Positions 44,591 through 54,247 of a DNA stretch of 64,000 nt are shown piece after piece. This DNA is from an uncultured bacterium. GTDB taxonomy: Bacteria > Acidobacteriota > Aminicenantia > UBA2199. The translations under genes were made by a program, and so were the position numbers. The notes under the pieces are model-generated. The model made no database searches. It was not told the origin of the DNA and was given only the letters and a program-made list of their open reading frames with translations. The DNA lies in contig CALODR010000009.1 of the NCBI GenBank assembly GCA_942492175.1, positions 353,850 through 417,849 on the forward strand, written 5' to 3'. How positions within the stretch are numbered: position 1 is the stretch's first letter; each line of letters begins with the position of its first letter.

Positions 44591-47153
44591 TTGTCAGAGG
44601 GTTCTCAGGTCCCAGATATTTCTTTGCTACTCTCTTTACATCCGCCGCTTCTGTATTTTTCAATTTTTTAAAAAATTCATTATCAGAGTTTATATCTCCG
44701 TTGAAATAAAGCGAATGTGATAAATAATATGCTCTGTTAATGCTTGAAAGCCTCCTGAATTTCATTCTTCCGAGATACATGCTGATAAGTCTCTCAAGTT
44801 CTTTATCGGTAAGTTTATCGGCGGAATTTTTTTTGAAAAAACCGGGAAAATCGGGGAGAAGCTTATCCCTGTTCTCAGGGCGTGTTCCCATGTTGATATA
44901 AAACAATGCTTTGTCCCCCTTCAAATTTATGCCTGCGCTCATTCTATATGCCATACCCCTCTTCTCCCTGATGTCAAAAACAATTTTGTCTGAAAGGAAT
45001 AATGAGAGGGCCTGAAGAGCAGTTCTGTCTCCGGGATCTGTTTTTTTTGTGTAGCCCCAGAAAAGGTATGACCTTTTACCCATACCGTCCTTTTCGATCT
45101 TTACGGATTTTTCTCTCATACTGAAGCCGGGATCCCATGGTGATGTTTCATCAGGTTTTTCACCTGTGAAAAAGTTGTCGAATGATTTGTTTACAACCTC
45201 CGTTTTTTCCGGAGATGAAACAGCAATGATCACATTACCTGAGTTGAAATATTCTTCTGAAAATTTAATAAGGTTATCATAAGTTATATCGTCCGGCCCG
45301 GGTTCGTATCTGTTTTTTTCAATTACTTCTGAAGAATATATTCTATCGAATAATTTCTTTGCCATGTCACCCATCATCATAGGTGACCTCATACGCTTGA
45401 TCTCGGAGTATGCTTTTTTAAATTCTTCCTCTGATGGTGTGAACTTTTTTAATTCCGAATTGAGAATCCTGATCACGGCCGGGACATCTTTTGCAATTCC
45501 TTCTACCCTGATATAACCAAAATCCGGATGGAGATATATATCATCCATAGGGAAGAAAGGGTTGTCGTTCACTTTGTAAGTAAGACCGAATTCAGAGGTC
45601 TTATCTGATATCTCCGGGGATTTCAATCTGTTACCGAAACACTGATGAAGTACAGTAGCTATGTTTTTCCCGAATCTGGATTCCAGCATTGCCTTGTGCT
45701 TGAACATATAGTGTATAGCGAGAAGCTCAGGTCCTCCGTTATCAGTGATTATAAGGGATTTCCCCTTTTCAGCATCACTGAATATCTCTGTTTTTGTGCT
45801 CCCGCTTTCAGTTTCAGTTGTATCTTTTTGCGAAGGGTTCTGAATAAGGGTGACGGGAGAAGACAAGAATTTGATCTCTTTCAGCTCTGAAGCAGCATTT
45901 TTAAGTTCAGCACCGCTGTACAGCGACAGGACGGACTCTATTCCATGAACAGCCAGGTTGTATGCGTTATAGATCCCGAACATATGAGGTTTCTCAATAT
46001 TTTTCAGATAGTCGGTCTTTGACTTGAGGGTTTCGGAGATTATTATTTCATCATTCGGGTTTAGAATAAGAGTGCCCATAAAAGATCTCACTCTTTTAGA
46101 AATTTTTTCTGCGTCCATCTTCTTTTTTAATGTAGTTTTGATCTCGACGAAATTTCTGAAGGGAGAATTGCGGAGGGTCATTTTTACATCTTTCAGGTTT
46201 TCCGGAAATTCAGAATTCAGTATTTTAAATATTTTTTTTGATTCATCTTTTAATAATAATTCAATAAGTTTTACATGGGGGGGGGTGAGATCCGGCCTAA
46301 CCAAATAGAGATCATGAATTATCAGTTCATTTCCTCCGTAAGATCTGTACCAGATACCTGAAGGGAGGTCCTCTGCAATGTTTTTTCTGAAACCGGTCAG
46401 CCATTCCGGGTTGACGGGTCTGTTAACGTTAGTTGCCTGACGGCTTCCATACACCCTGTTTATCAAATCAAGCATTTCAGTGGTTTTAAAATCCCCGACC
46501 ACACTCAGTATCATATTGTTCGGAACATAGTTGTTTTTAAAAAAGGAATATACTTCATCTCTGTTCATAGCTTTGATCGTCGAATAAGTCCCGAGAGTGG
46601 GGAGAGAGAGTGCATGTCCCTTATAGATAATTGAAATCAGATTTCTCTCTATCTGTTCTCTTGGTTCTGCAAGGCTTTTGGATATTTCCTCAAGAACTAT
46701 CCCTTTCTCCTTTTCGAATTTTTTTTCCGGAAGAATTGAATTAAAAAGCATATCCGCCTGTAGGACCAGACCTCTTTCAAAATTTTCTGCAGGTGTGACC
46801 ATCATAAAATTAGTATAATAATCTGAAGTATTGGCGTTATTGTATCCGCCGATCCTGTCTGTTTCATCATATAACTCTTTTTGCGTCCTTGTGGTTGTAC
46901 CATTAAAAAGGAGATGCTCAAGCATATGGCTCATTCCGCTTGATGCAAATGTTTCATATGCTGATCCGACTTTGACGATCATGTTCGCACCTGTCATCGG
47001 GAGCCCCGGATTTTTTATAAGAAGGACTTCCATACCGTTATCCAGTCTGTGAATTGATACTCCGGGGGGTAGTGTTTCAGCTGGCGAAAATGTATATATA
47101 ATAATTAAAATAATAATTATGAACAATGAATTGGTTCTTTTATTTTGTGTCAT
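44577..47153 (-). CDS. secreted M16-family (insulinase/pitrilysin-like) zinc peptidase, double-module
   Basis: Inverted zinc motif 'HMLEHLLFNGT' (HxxEH); signal peptide; 858 aa with two M16 halves. Confidence 0.8.
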   Translation of the reverse strand: MTQNKRTNSLFIIIILIIIYTFSPAETLPPGVSIHRLDNGMEVLLIKNPGLPMTGANMIVKVGSAYETFASSGMSHMLEHLLFNGTTTRTQKELYDETDRIGGYNNANTSDYYTNFMMVTPAENFERGLVLQADMLFNSILPEKKFEKEKGIVLEEISKSLAEPREQIERNLISIIYKGHALSLPTLGTYSTIKAMNRDEVYSFFKNNYVPNNMILSVVGDFKTTEMLDLINRVYGSRQATNVNRPVNPEWLTGFRKNIAEDLPSGIWYRSYGGNELIIHDLYLVRPDLTPPHVKLIELLLKDESKKIFKILNSEFPENLKDVKMTLRNSPFRNFVEIKTTLKKKMDAEKISKRVRSFMGTLILNPNDEIIISETLKSKTDYLKNIEKPHMFGIYNAYNLAVHGIESVLSLYSGAELKNAASELKEIKFLSSPVTLIQNPSQKDTTETESGSTKTEIFSDAEKGKSLIITDNGGPELLAIHYMFKHKAMLESRFGKNIATVLHQCFGNRLKSPEISDKTSEFGLTYKVNDNPFFPMDDIYLHPDFGYIRVEGIAKDVPAVIRILNSELKKFTPSEEEFKKAYSEIKRMRSPMMMGDMAKKLFDRIYSSEVIEKNRYEPGPDDITYDNLIKFSEEYFNSGNVIIAVSSPEKTEVVNKSFDNFFTGEKPDETSPWDPGFSMREKSVKIEKDGMGKRSYLFWGYTKKTDPGDRTALQALSLFLSDKIVFDIREKRGMAYRMSAGINLKGDKALFYINMGTRPENRDKLLPDFPGFFKKNSADKLTDKELERLISMYLGRMKFRRLSSINRAYYLSHSLYFNGDINSDNEFFKKLKNTEAADVKRVAKKYLGPENPLTIIVR

Positions 47154-47283
47154 TTTTTTCTCCTGAAATAACAGAATATTTTACAGTAATTTGCCGACAA
47201 AAACAATTTTTAACAAAATAAATAATGTAAGTTCCGGCAGGCTGCAGGGTATCATTAAGTCTGGTAATAAAAGTCCTGCTGAC

Positions 47284-48738
47284 TTATACTTCTTTTTTTT
47301 TAAGGACAAATGCAGATATTACAGCGACCAATCCCGTTACAAAAAAGTTGAGCAGCCGTGAGGTTATTACCTCGTCCATTCCCGTAAGACTCCACAAGAT
47401 AGTGAACAGAAGTCCTGATATTAGGGTTACCAATACTGCTTTGCCATGAAATCTTTTCCAGAACAGGGTCAGGAGGATAATAACAGAGAATGTACCTCCA
47501 ACACCTGCCCATACCCACCCGACCAGGGAAAAAATCAATTGTGAAGGTGAGACATATGCAAGGATCAATGCTATTGAAGCCAGCAACGCGGTCACAATCC
47601 TGGATCTGGTAAGGGAGTTCTTTTCTGTGTTTTTCCCCGGTTTTGTCAGAGGTTTGATCAGATTCTCCGACAATTCGGTAGCGGATAGAATGAGGAGGGA
47701 ATCAGCTGTTGAGATCATAGCTGCGATGGCGCCGGTTATCAGAACTGCAGCTATGGCGGGCGGGAATATTTTCAACAGAACTGCAGGCATTACATACTCC
47801 TGATCCGCAAGACCGCTAGGTCCGAATATGGCAATTCCGATCCAACCTATAGATAGAGCTCCGATATATGCAATTACAGTCCAGGCAATGCCTATATTTC
47901 TGGCCTTTCTGGCCTGTTTAGCATTCTTGATTGCCATGAACCTCATACTTAGCTGCGGCTGGCCCCCCAGGTATCCGAAAAACCAGGAAAATCCTGCCAG
48001 TATAACTACTCCGGCTGCGAATCCTGAGGCGGCGCCTGTTAAGGACGTGTAGTCGGTTCCGGCCCTGGAGAGGGCTTCGGGAATTGATTTGGCAAACAGG
48101 GTATTGTGGCTGGATATGTACCAGATACCTACCAGCGGACCGACTATCAGAGTAGTTATCATAACGATCGCCTGAATCACATCGGTGTACACGACACTGC
48201 GGAAACCTCCGTAAATAGTGTATGGAATTATTATAATTGCAGTGATCAGCATGCCCCATTTCGGATCTATTCCGAACATTGTATGTAAAGTTTTGCCACC
48301 CCCGAGGAATTGTGCTCCAACATAAAAGAAAAAGAAAAATACAATGGTCATACTTCCGATTATTCTTATCCATTTGGACATTTCACTGTGTTTTTTGGCA
48401 ATATATTCTGTATAGGTGTTTACATTGTATTTTTCCGCCTCGCTGCGCAGACGCCAGGCAAGAGCAGCCCAGGCTGTGATAATACCAGCCACACAGCCGA
48501 TTGCGGTCCAGATCTCAGTAAGGCCTGTAGCGTATGCTGCACCAGGCAGCCCCAGAAGAGCCCATGATGATTCTCCGGTAGCCCGCTCGGAGAGCGCAGC
48601 TACCCATCCTGGAAGATCTCTGCCCGCAATAGCATAGTCAGAGCCGGTTTTAACTTTTCTGCCCTGGTATAATCCCCAGAGAACCAGAAGGGTCATATAT
48701 CCGAACATGACCAGTAATATCTGTGTCTGATGTTCCAT
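47284..48738 (-). CDS. sodium:solute symporter (SSF family)
   Basis: ~13 TM, SSF-type topology and Gly-rich helices; GC-richer than the flanking DNA. Confidence 0.8.
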   Translation of the reverse strand: MEHQTQILLVMFGYMTLLVLWGLYQGRKVKTGSDYAIAGRDLPGWVAALSERATGESSWALLGLPGAAYATGLTEIWTAIGCVAGIITAWAALAWRLRSEAEKYNVNTYTEYIAKKHSEMSKWIRIIGSMTIVFFFFFYVGAQFLGGGKTLHTMFGIDPKWGMLITAIIIIPYTIYGGFRSVVYTDVIQAIVMITTLIVGPLVGIWYISSHNTLFAKSIPEALSRAGTDYTSLTGAASGFAAGVVILAGFSWFFGYLGGQPQLSMRFMAIKNAKQARKARNIGIAWTVIAYIGALSIGWIGIAIFGPSGLADQEYVMPAVLLKIFPPAIAAVLITGAIAAMISTADSLLILSATELSENLIKPLTKPGKNTEKNSLTRSRIVTALLASIALILAYVSPSQLIFSLVGWVWAGVGGTFSVIILLTLFWKRFHGKAVLVTLISGLLFTILWSLTGMDEVITSRLLNFFVTGLVAVISAFVLKKKEV

Positions 48739-48863
48739 AATTATCTCCGATTGTTTTTATGTGATTTGATTGTCAGTCTATATTTTATCGAGTAAAAATA
48801 CATAATTGATTATATGTGAATAAAAATGGACTTTCAATATTTGCCGGGCAATAAAAATTGACA

Positions 48864-49661
48864 CTAATTTAAACCGGACAATAGTCTGTCCAGCTGATTT
48901 CTGCTTCGCTGATTCAATTTTTGGTAAAACTTTTCCTTCAGGATATCCAGATAGTGCCGGGCTTCAGCTCTCTCCCCTGTCTCCATAAGTGTGATACCCA
49001 GATTGAAATAAACTTCAATAAAATCGGGTTTGTACTTTATGGCATCTTTCCAGTATCTAATTGCCTCTTTTTTGTCTCCGGAAAATCTATAGGCCGCACC
49101 TATCCCGTTCAGGGCGGAAGGGAGTCTGCTGTTCAGTGAAAGAGCTTTTTTGAAGTACAGAAGAGCATTCTCTTTAAAGTAAGGATCCTTTCCCTTAAGG
49201 TATTTTCTAAGAAAAAGTGTTCCAAGGTTGTTGAACAGAACAGCATTTGTACTGTCAATTTTTTCAGAATTTCTGTAAGCTTCCAGTGCTTTGTCCATCA
49301 GGCCGCGTTTGAAGAATGAGATGCCGAGATAGTTCCATGCTTCACCTATTTCCGGGTCTTTTTTCAGTAAATCCTGAAGAATCGCTTCGCCCTCTCCTAA
49401 CTGATTATCAACCACCAGCAGGATCCCTTTTCTGAGCAGCAATTCTGTGTTTGTGGGACTTTTAGTCAGCCCCTCTTCGATTGTATCCAGTCCGTCTTTG
49501 ACCCTGTTTGTTTTATGGTAAAGCTCTGCCATATTTACATAAGTGCTAATGTTTTCGGGTTTTTGGGCCTTAACTTCCATGAAGATCTCAAGAGCTTCCT
49601 GGTGCTTCCCCTTATTTTCAAGAGATCTGGCTTTTGTAAGTTTAAGCTGTATGGGGAGCAT
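48864..49661 (-). CDS. TPR-repeat protein; probable C-terminal fragment of a frameshifted sulfatase-like-TPR fusion
   Basis: ~6 TPR repeats. The frame remains open upstream to ~49890 and encodes a linker homologous to the intact paralog at 23945-26377. Confidence 0.6.
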   Translation of the reverse strand: MLPIQLKLTKARSLENKGKHQEALEIFMEVKAQKPENISTYVNMAELYHKTNRVKDGLDTIEEGLTKSPTNTELLLRKGILLVVDNQLGEGEAILQDLLKKDPEIGEAWNYLGISFFKRGLMDKALEAYRNSEKIDSTNAVLFNNLGTLFLRKYLKGKDPYFKENALLYFKKALSLNSRLPSALNGIGAAYRFSGDKKEAIRYWKDAIKYKPDFIEVYFNLGITLMETGERAEARHYLDILKEKFYQKLNQRSRNQLDRLLSGLN

Positions 49662-49833
49662 TACTTTCAGGTCATCCTCTTTAGTGAAAACCGATTTTTT
49701 CTTCTGTACAACCCCAGTCAGGTAACCAAATGTTTTTAGCTTTTTTAGTGCTTTAGGGTCAATTTTCTTTTTTGAAAGATCCCTGTCCGCTCCGGTCAGG
49801 CTTGAGATCAGAGGTGTGAGAGTATTGAAAAGC

Positions 49834-50934
49834 TCAGCAATCTGTAACTCCTGAAATAATATTCCTCTTTTCAGAAAAATCTTTTTTGAGGTCGTAAAGT
49901 TCTTTTATAGGCTGATTGATAAACTTCTGGTCCTCTTTTATAAAACCGTCAAGGGGAGCCCAGCCTCTGCTGTAATAGGCTAGTTTTGACTCGAAATATA
50001 TTGTCTCCTCTTCCCACGTTTCTCCTTTCATCAATGGGAGAAGAGACTTCCCCTGGATGTGTGAAGGAGTGCTGACTTTTGCAAGATTGCACAGGGTTGG
50101 AAAGATATCAATATGTGAAACATTGTTGCATATGGTTGAGCTTTTGATAGAGGGATCGTAAATAATTAGGGGGATATGGATTGTCGAGTTGTACGCGAAG
50201 TAACCATGTTCCAGTTCGTAGTGGTCACCAAGGGCCTCTCCATGATCTCCGGTAATTACTATTGATGTGTTTTTCATGAGCCCGGAATCTTCCATGAAGT
50301 CGAACAATGTCCCGAGTTGAGAATCAGTGTAGGCGACTTCTCCGGAATACAGATCTGAACTGAACCGGGTTTTAAAAGGTTCCGGTGGTGAATATGGGGT
50401 GTGAGGGTCCCAGACATGAATCCAGAGAAACCATGGGCCTTTATTGTCCCTTATCCATTTAACTGAAGGTTTTATGATCTCCTCAGCTTTCAGCTCATTG
50501 CTTTTCTCCGGGCCGCTGTAGAGATCGAACCCCTGATTTAATTTAAAGTATTCATTAAGTACAAAAGAAGCTGTGAACGCAGCAGTTTTATATCCATTCT
50601 TTTTCAGATGTTCGGCAAGTGTAAGAAATTTGTCATCCAAGCGGAACCTGTTGTTATCACTTATCCCGTGATAAAGCGGGGTTGTGCCGGTGAGAATATT
50701 TGCATGCGATGGGAGAGTTATCGGAGTATGGGCAAATGCTCTTTCAAAAACCGCCCCCTTTTTTGCCAGATTATCTATATTCGGGGTTTTCACGAACTTA
50801 TCATTGTAAATACTTAATCTGTCATACCTCAATGTGTCAATTGTTATCAATAAGATGTTCTTCTTACCCTGCCCCTGAAGGAAAAGGGAGAAAAATATCA
50901 GGAAGAAAACTTGAATTATTATATACTTTTTCAT
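49834..50934 (-). CDS. sulfatase-like (alkaline phosphatase superfamily) protein; probable N-terminal fragment of the frameshifted fusion
   Basis: 'LLITIDTLRYDRLSIYN', 'TPITLPSHANILTG'; signal peptide. It ends where the paralog continues into a linker and TPR region. Confidence 0.75.
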   Translation of the reverse strand: MKKYIIIQVFFLIFFSLFLQGQGKKNILLITIDTLRYDRLSIYNDKFVKTPNIDNLAKKGAVFERAFAHTPITLPSHANILTGTTPLYHGISDNNRFRLDDKFLTLAEHLKKNGYKTAAFTASFVLNEYFKLNQGFDLYSGPEKSNELKAEEIIKPSVKWIRDNKGPWFLWIHVWDPHTPYSPPEPFKTRFSSDLYSGEVAYTDSQLGTLFDFMEDSGLMKNTSIVITGDHGEALGDHYELEHGYFAYNSTIHIPLIIYDPSIKSSTICNNVSHIDIFPTLCNLAKVSTPSHIQGKSLLPLMKGETWEEETIYFESKLAYYSRGWAPLDGFIKEDQKFINQPIKELYDLKKDFSEKRNIISGVTDC

Positions 50935-51233
50935 TTTATTTGCCTTTGATAAGAATTATACGATATTTTCATGGCAAAATAAATTTTAAGCAACAGTATT
51001 TGCAGGAGATTCAAGTTTATTATGAAGTTCAGTTTAGTCTCTCATCAGGAGATTGTATACAAAAAAGTGTATTGAATTCACACATTTTGTAATATTGTTC
51101 ATCAATTTGAAGTATAAATTCAAAATATTGGATTAAGTATCAACTGAAACCATAATTGCTTTATATATAGGCACTTTAAAGAATTGGTATCAATATTGCT
51201 GATTATAAGCCCATAAACTTAAAGGAGGTTTAT

Positions 51234-52334
51234 ATGAAAAAGCTATTCACACTGCTCGTAGCGGTTGCAGTTCTTTCAGGACTGGGATTCGCACAGGGCG
51301 CATCAGCTGACATCTACGGTACAGTAGTACTGCCTGATGGATCAGCCATCCCCGGAGTTGCAGTAACCTTAACCGGTGAACAGATCGGTAAGAAAGTTAC
51401 AGTTACTTCCGAACAGGGAAACTTCAGATTCCTTCAGGTTCCCCCGGGAGTCGTTGAATTAAAGTTTGAGCTCGAAGGGTTCAAAACTGTAATTCAGAAG
51501 GCTATCAGACTTTATGTTGGTAAGAACAAGACATTTAACGTACAGATGGAGACGACCCAGTTGAAAGAGGTTGTCGAAGTTAAAGGTCAGGCCAGCGCAG
51601 TTGACACAAGGAAGACAACAGTTTCAGTTAACGTCTCGAAAGAGATGATCCAGTCACTTCCTACCGCAAGGAACCCATGGACAGTAATGAACCTGGTTCC
51701 CGGTATGATGATGGACAGAGAAGACGTTGGTGGAGCCGAGTCAGGTCAGCAGTCCTCAATGTACGGTCATGGAGCATCAGATGATGATACGACATGGAAC
51801 GTTGACGGTGCTAACATTACAGACCCGTCTGCAATCGGAGCTGCACCCGGATATCTGAACGTTAATGCTTATGAAGAACTTCAGATCACCCTGGGCAACA
51901 ACGATATTACAGCTCAGACAGGTGGTGTACAGCTGAACTTCGTTTCAAAGAGAGCAGGTAACAGATACAGCGGCGACTTTCACCTTTATGTGGAAGATGA
52001 AGCTTGGGAAATGACCCAGGATCTTCCTGACTACTATGTAGCCAGAGGCTGGAACTCCCCCGGAATCAACAGGTTATACCAGTATGGTATCAACTTTGGT
52101 GGTCCTATTGTAAAGGATAAATTATGGTTCTTCGGATCATATGCTATTCAGGACATTCACGGAAGAACACTTGTTGGCGACGAAGATGCCACATGGCTGG
52201 TATCCGGTTATGTAAAAGCTAACTTCCAGCTTGGCAACACATCAGGTGACTTACATCTGTCACACGATGCAAAGAAGAAATGGGGAAGAACCAGTTCTTT
52301 CAAGAGCACAGCAGGATGCAGGTACACTGTTTGA
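51234..52334 (+). CDS. Oar-like TonB-dependent-receptor family OMP, N-terminal part (signal peptide, carboxypeptidase-regulatory-like domain, plug-like region)
   Basis: 'DIYGTVVLPDGSAIPGVAVTLTGEQ' CarbopepD_reg-like; 'QSLPTARNPWTVMNLVPGM'; strong RBS AAAGGAGGT. Confidence 0.65.
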   Translation: MKKLFTLLVAVAVLSGLGFAQGASADIYGTVVLPDGSAIPGVAVTLTGEQIGKKVTVTSEQGNFRFLQVPPGVVELKFELEGFKTVIQKAIRLYVGKNKTFNVQMETTQLKEVVEVKGQASAVDTRKTTVSVNVSKEMIQSLPTARNPWTVMNLVPGMMMDREDVGGAESGQQSSMYGHGASDDDTTWNVDGANITDPSAIGAAPGYLNVNAYEELQITLGNNDITAQTGGVQLNFVSKRAGNRYSGDFHLYVEDEAWEMTQDLPDYYVARGWNSPGINRLYQYGINFGGPIVKDKLWFFGSYAIQDIHGRTLVGDEDATWLVSGYVKANFQLGNTSGDLHLSHDAKKKWGRTSSFKSTAGCRYTV

Positions 52335-54111
52335 CCAGGATGGACCGGGCTGGGTATACACAGGATCATTACAGCATGTAATGGGCAACCTGATGTTAAC
52401 AGCTAAGTTCGCTTATACAGATGGCGGATTTGTTCTCGATCCAAGAGGATCAGATCTCGATGAGAATAACATCAATGCCGGTGCTGAGTGGCAGTATTTC
52501 TATTCACCATTGTACTACGGTGGATCACTGTATCACTATATCACCAATAGGAACACACTTAACCTTTCAGTGAATGGTAACTACTTCGCAGAAGGCGTTA
52601 TTGGCGGTGACCATGAGATCAGGTTTGGTGTCGACTATTACAATGGCACAACAACCACACAGACAATGTATCCCAACCAGAGGATAGCTTTCTATTATCC
52701 TTCGTCACCTACAGGTGCATGGCTGATTCCCAACCCTTTCTATAATGCAGACTTCAACAGAATGTCTTTGTACATATCAGACACGGCAACATTCGGTAAA
52801 CTTACCGTTAACCTCGGTGTTAGATATGACCATGAAAGCGGTACACTTAATGAACAGCTTCAGCAGGGATTTACCTGGTATGAACCGGGAAGTCCTCATC
52901 ATGGTGAAAAAATGTTCAATAATGTTCTGGGCGACCTGCTCGTTCAGGGCGGAGACTCACCTCAGGAATATAAAGTTATCTCACCAAGACTTTCACTTAC
53001 ATATGACATAGGCGGCGACGGCAAAAATGTTGTAAAAATGTCAGTTGCAAGATATGGCGGACAGAGTGGTAACGCTTTGACCAACAGATTCTGGCCCTAC
53101 AGAGAAACAGATGTATGGTGGAAGGGTGACTTCAACAATGATGATATGATCAATTATGATGAGATCGCTGATTATTATTATTGGTGGAACACAGATAAGA
53201 TCGACTATTCAAAAGGCTGGAACAAACATCAGACAGATCCGGACTTCAACTCACCTCTTCTTGATGAGTTGACCGTATCATTTGAGAAAGCTTTTGGTAC
53301 AGATCTTGCGGTTGGTATCACAGGTTTTTACAAAAAGAACCACAACCTGGTAAGATATATTGCTCTTTTCGAAGATGGGACACAGGAGAGCGCAGCTAAC
53401 TTCTATGAAGGAACATACACATTTGATGATGGCTCAACAGTTCCTCTTTATAACAGGTATGCAAGGCCTGCATCATTTGGTTATTACACCAACTATGATG
53501 GTGACACCAACTATGAATACATGGCATTGCAGTTCATCTTTTCAAAGAAGTTCTCAGACAAATGGATGCTTGACGCTTCATTCACATATGCAGATTGGAA
53601 AGCTAACTATGCAAAGGCCGATTACAACAATGGCGATCTGACCAACTATGAATACTTTAACGGTGCTGTAAGAGCGCCTGCAGTTTCAGGTTCATCAGGT
53701 CTTTCAGGCATCTATGTTAACGCAAGATGGCAGTTCAAACTATCAGGACTCTATCAGTTACCATGGGGCATCAATGTAACTGGTGTTTTCCAGGCAAGAG
53801 AAGGATATGTTCTTCCGTTCCACGAAAGTGTTTACAGAGGAAACGGCCTTGGCTGGACAAATATGTATCCTGCCGGCGAGAAGTTCGGCGACAACAGGCT
53901 TCCGACATTCTGGATGCTTTCACTCGGACTTGAGAAGACATTCAAGGTATCAGATACAGTAACAACAACATTCTTCGTTGACGGTTACAACGTAACCAAT
54001 AACAACACAACACTGCTTGTTGAAACATCACTCACGGCTTCTAACTATAATGAGCCTCTGAGAATTCTGAATCCCGGAATCTTCCAGTTCGGTATCAGAG
54101 TTAACTTCTAA
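52231..54111 (+). CDS. Oar-like TonB-dependent-receptor family OMP, C-terminal beta-barrel part (frame +1 relative to 51234-52334)
   Basis: Long beta-barrel-like region ending '...GIFQFGIRVNF' (terminal Phe). It overlaps the upstream ORF by ~100 nt in another frame. Confidence 0.65.
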   Translation: MATHQVTYICHTMQRRNGEEPVLSRAQQDAGTLFDQDGPGWVYTGSLQHVMGNLMLTAKFAYTDGGFVLDPRGSDLDENNINAGAEWQYFYSPLYYGGSLYHYITNRNTLNLSVNGNYFAEGVIGGDHEIRFGVDYYNGTTTTQTMYPNQRIAFYYPSSPTGAWLIPNPFYNADFNRMSLYISDTATFGKLTVNLGVRYDHESGTLNEQLQQGFTWYEPGSPHHGEKMFNNVLGDLLVQGGDSPQEYKVISPRLSLTYDIGGDGKNVVKMSVARYGGQSGNALTNRFWPYRETDVWWKGDFNNDDMINYDEIADYYYWWNTDKIDYSKGWNKHQTDPDFNSPLLDELTVSFEKAFGTDLAVGITGFYKKNHNLVRYIALFEDGTQESAANFYEGTYTFDDGSTVPLYNRYARPASFGYYTNYDGDTNYEYMALQFIFSKKFSDKWMLDASFTYADWKANYAKADYNNGDLTNYEYFNGAVRAPAVSGSSGLSGIYVNARWQFKLSGLYQLPWGINVTGVFQAREGYVLPFHESVYRGNGLGWTNMYPAGEKFGDNRLPTFWMLSLGLEKTFKVSDTVTTTFFVDGYNVTNNNTTLLVETSLTASNYNEPLRILNPGIFQFGIRVNF

Positions 54112-54138
54112 TATCGTAAACCAACGGTATTAACATAC

Positions 54139-54168
54139 GGGCCGTCCCTTCGGGGACGGCCTTTTTTT
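54139..54168 (+). terminator. Rho-independent terminator
   Basis: Perfect 9-bp stem GGCCGTCCC/GGGACGGCC with TTCG loop followed by T8. Confidence 0.8.
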
Positions 54169-54247
54169 TATCTTCTGACTTTCCTTGAATATTTCCTCCT
54201 CTTGAATTATTTTCAGTTAAGGTATAGTTAATATTATCAGGAGAATA

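Larger units (their letters stand above)
48864..50934 (-). pseudogene. candidate frameshifted sulfatase-like-TPR fusion gene (or a sequencing error near the A5/T6 tracts at 49875-49887)
   Basis: Two adjacent ORFs in different frames jointly colinear with the 810-aa paralog. The open frames overlap across 49836-49890. Confidence 0.4.

Noticed and set aside
47828-48637. Multiple 60-150-aa ORFs on both strands within the symporter gene
   Set aside because: They are artefacts of the locally GC-rich sequence (fewer stop codons). All overlap the coherent 484-aa transporter ORF.
48876-48892. GGACA-ATAGTC-TGTCC hairpin as a terminator for the TPR gene
   Set aside because: It lies inside the last codons of the 48864-49661 ORF rather than downstream of its stop, and no U-tract follows.
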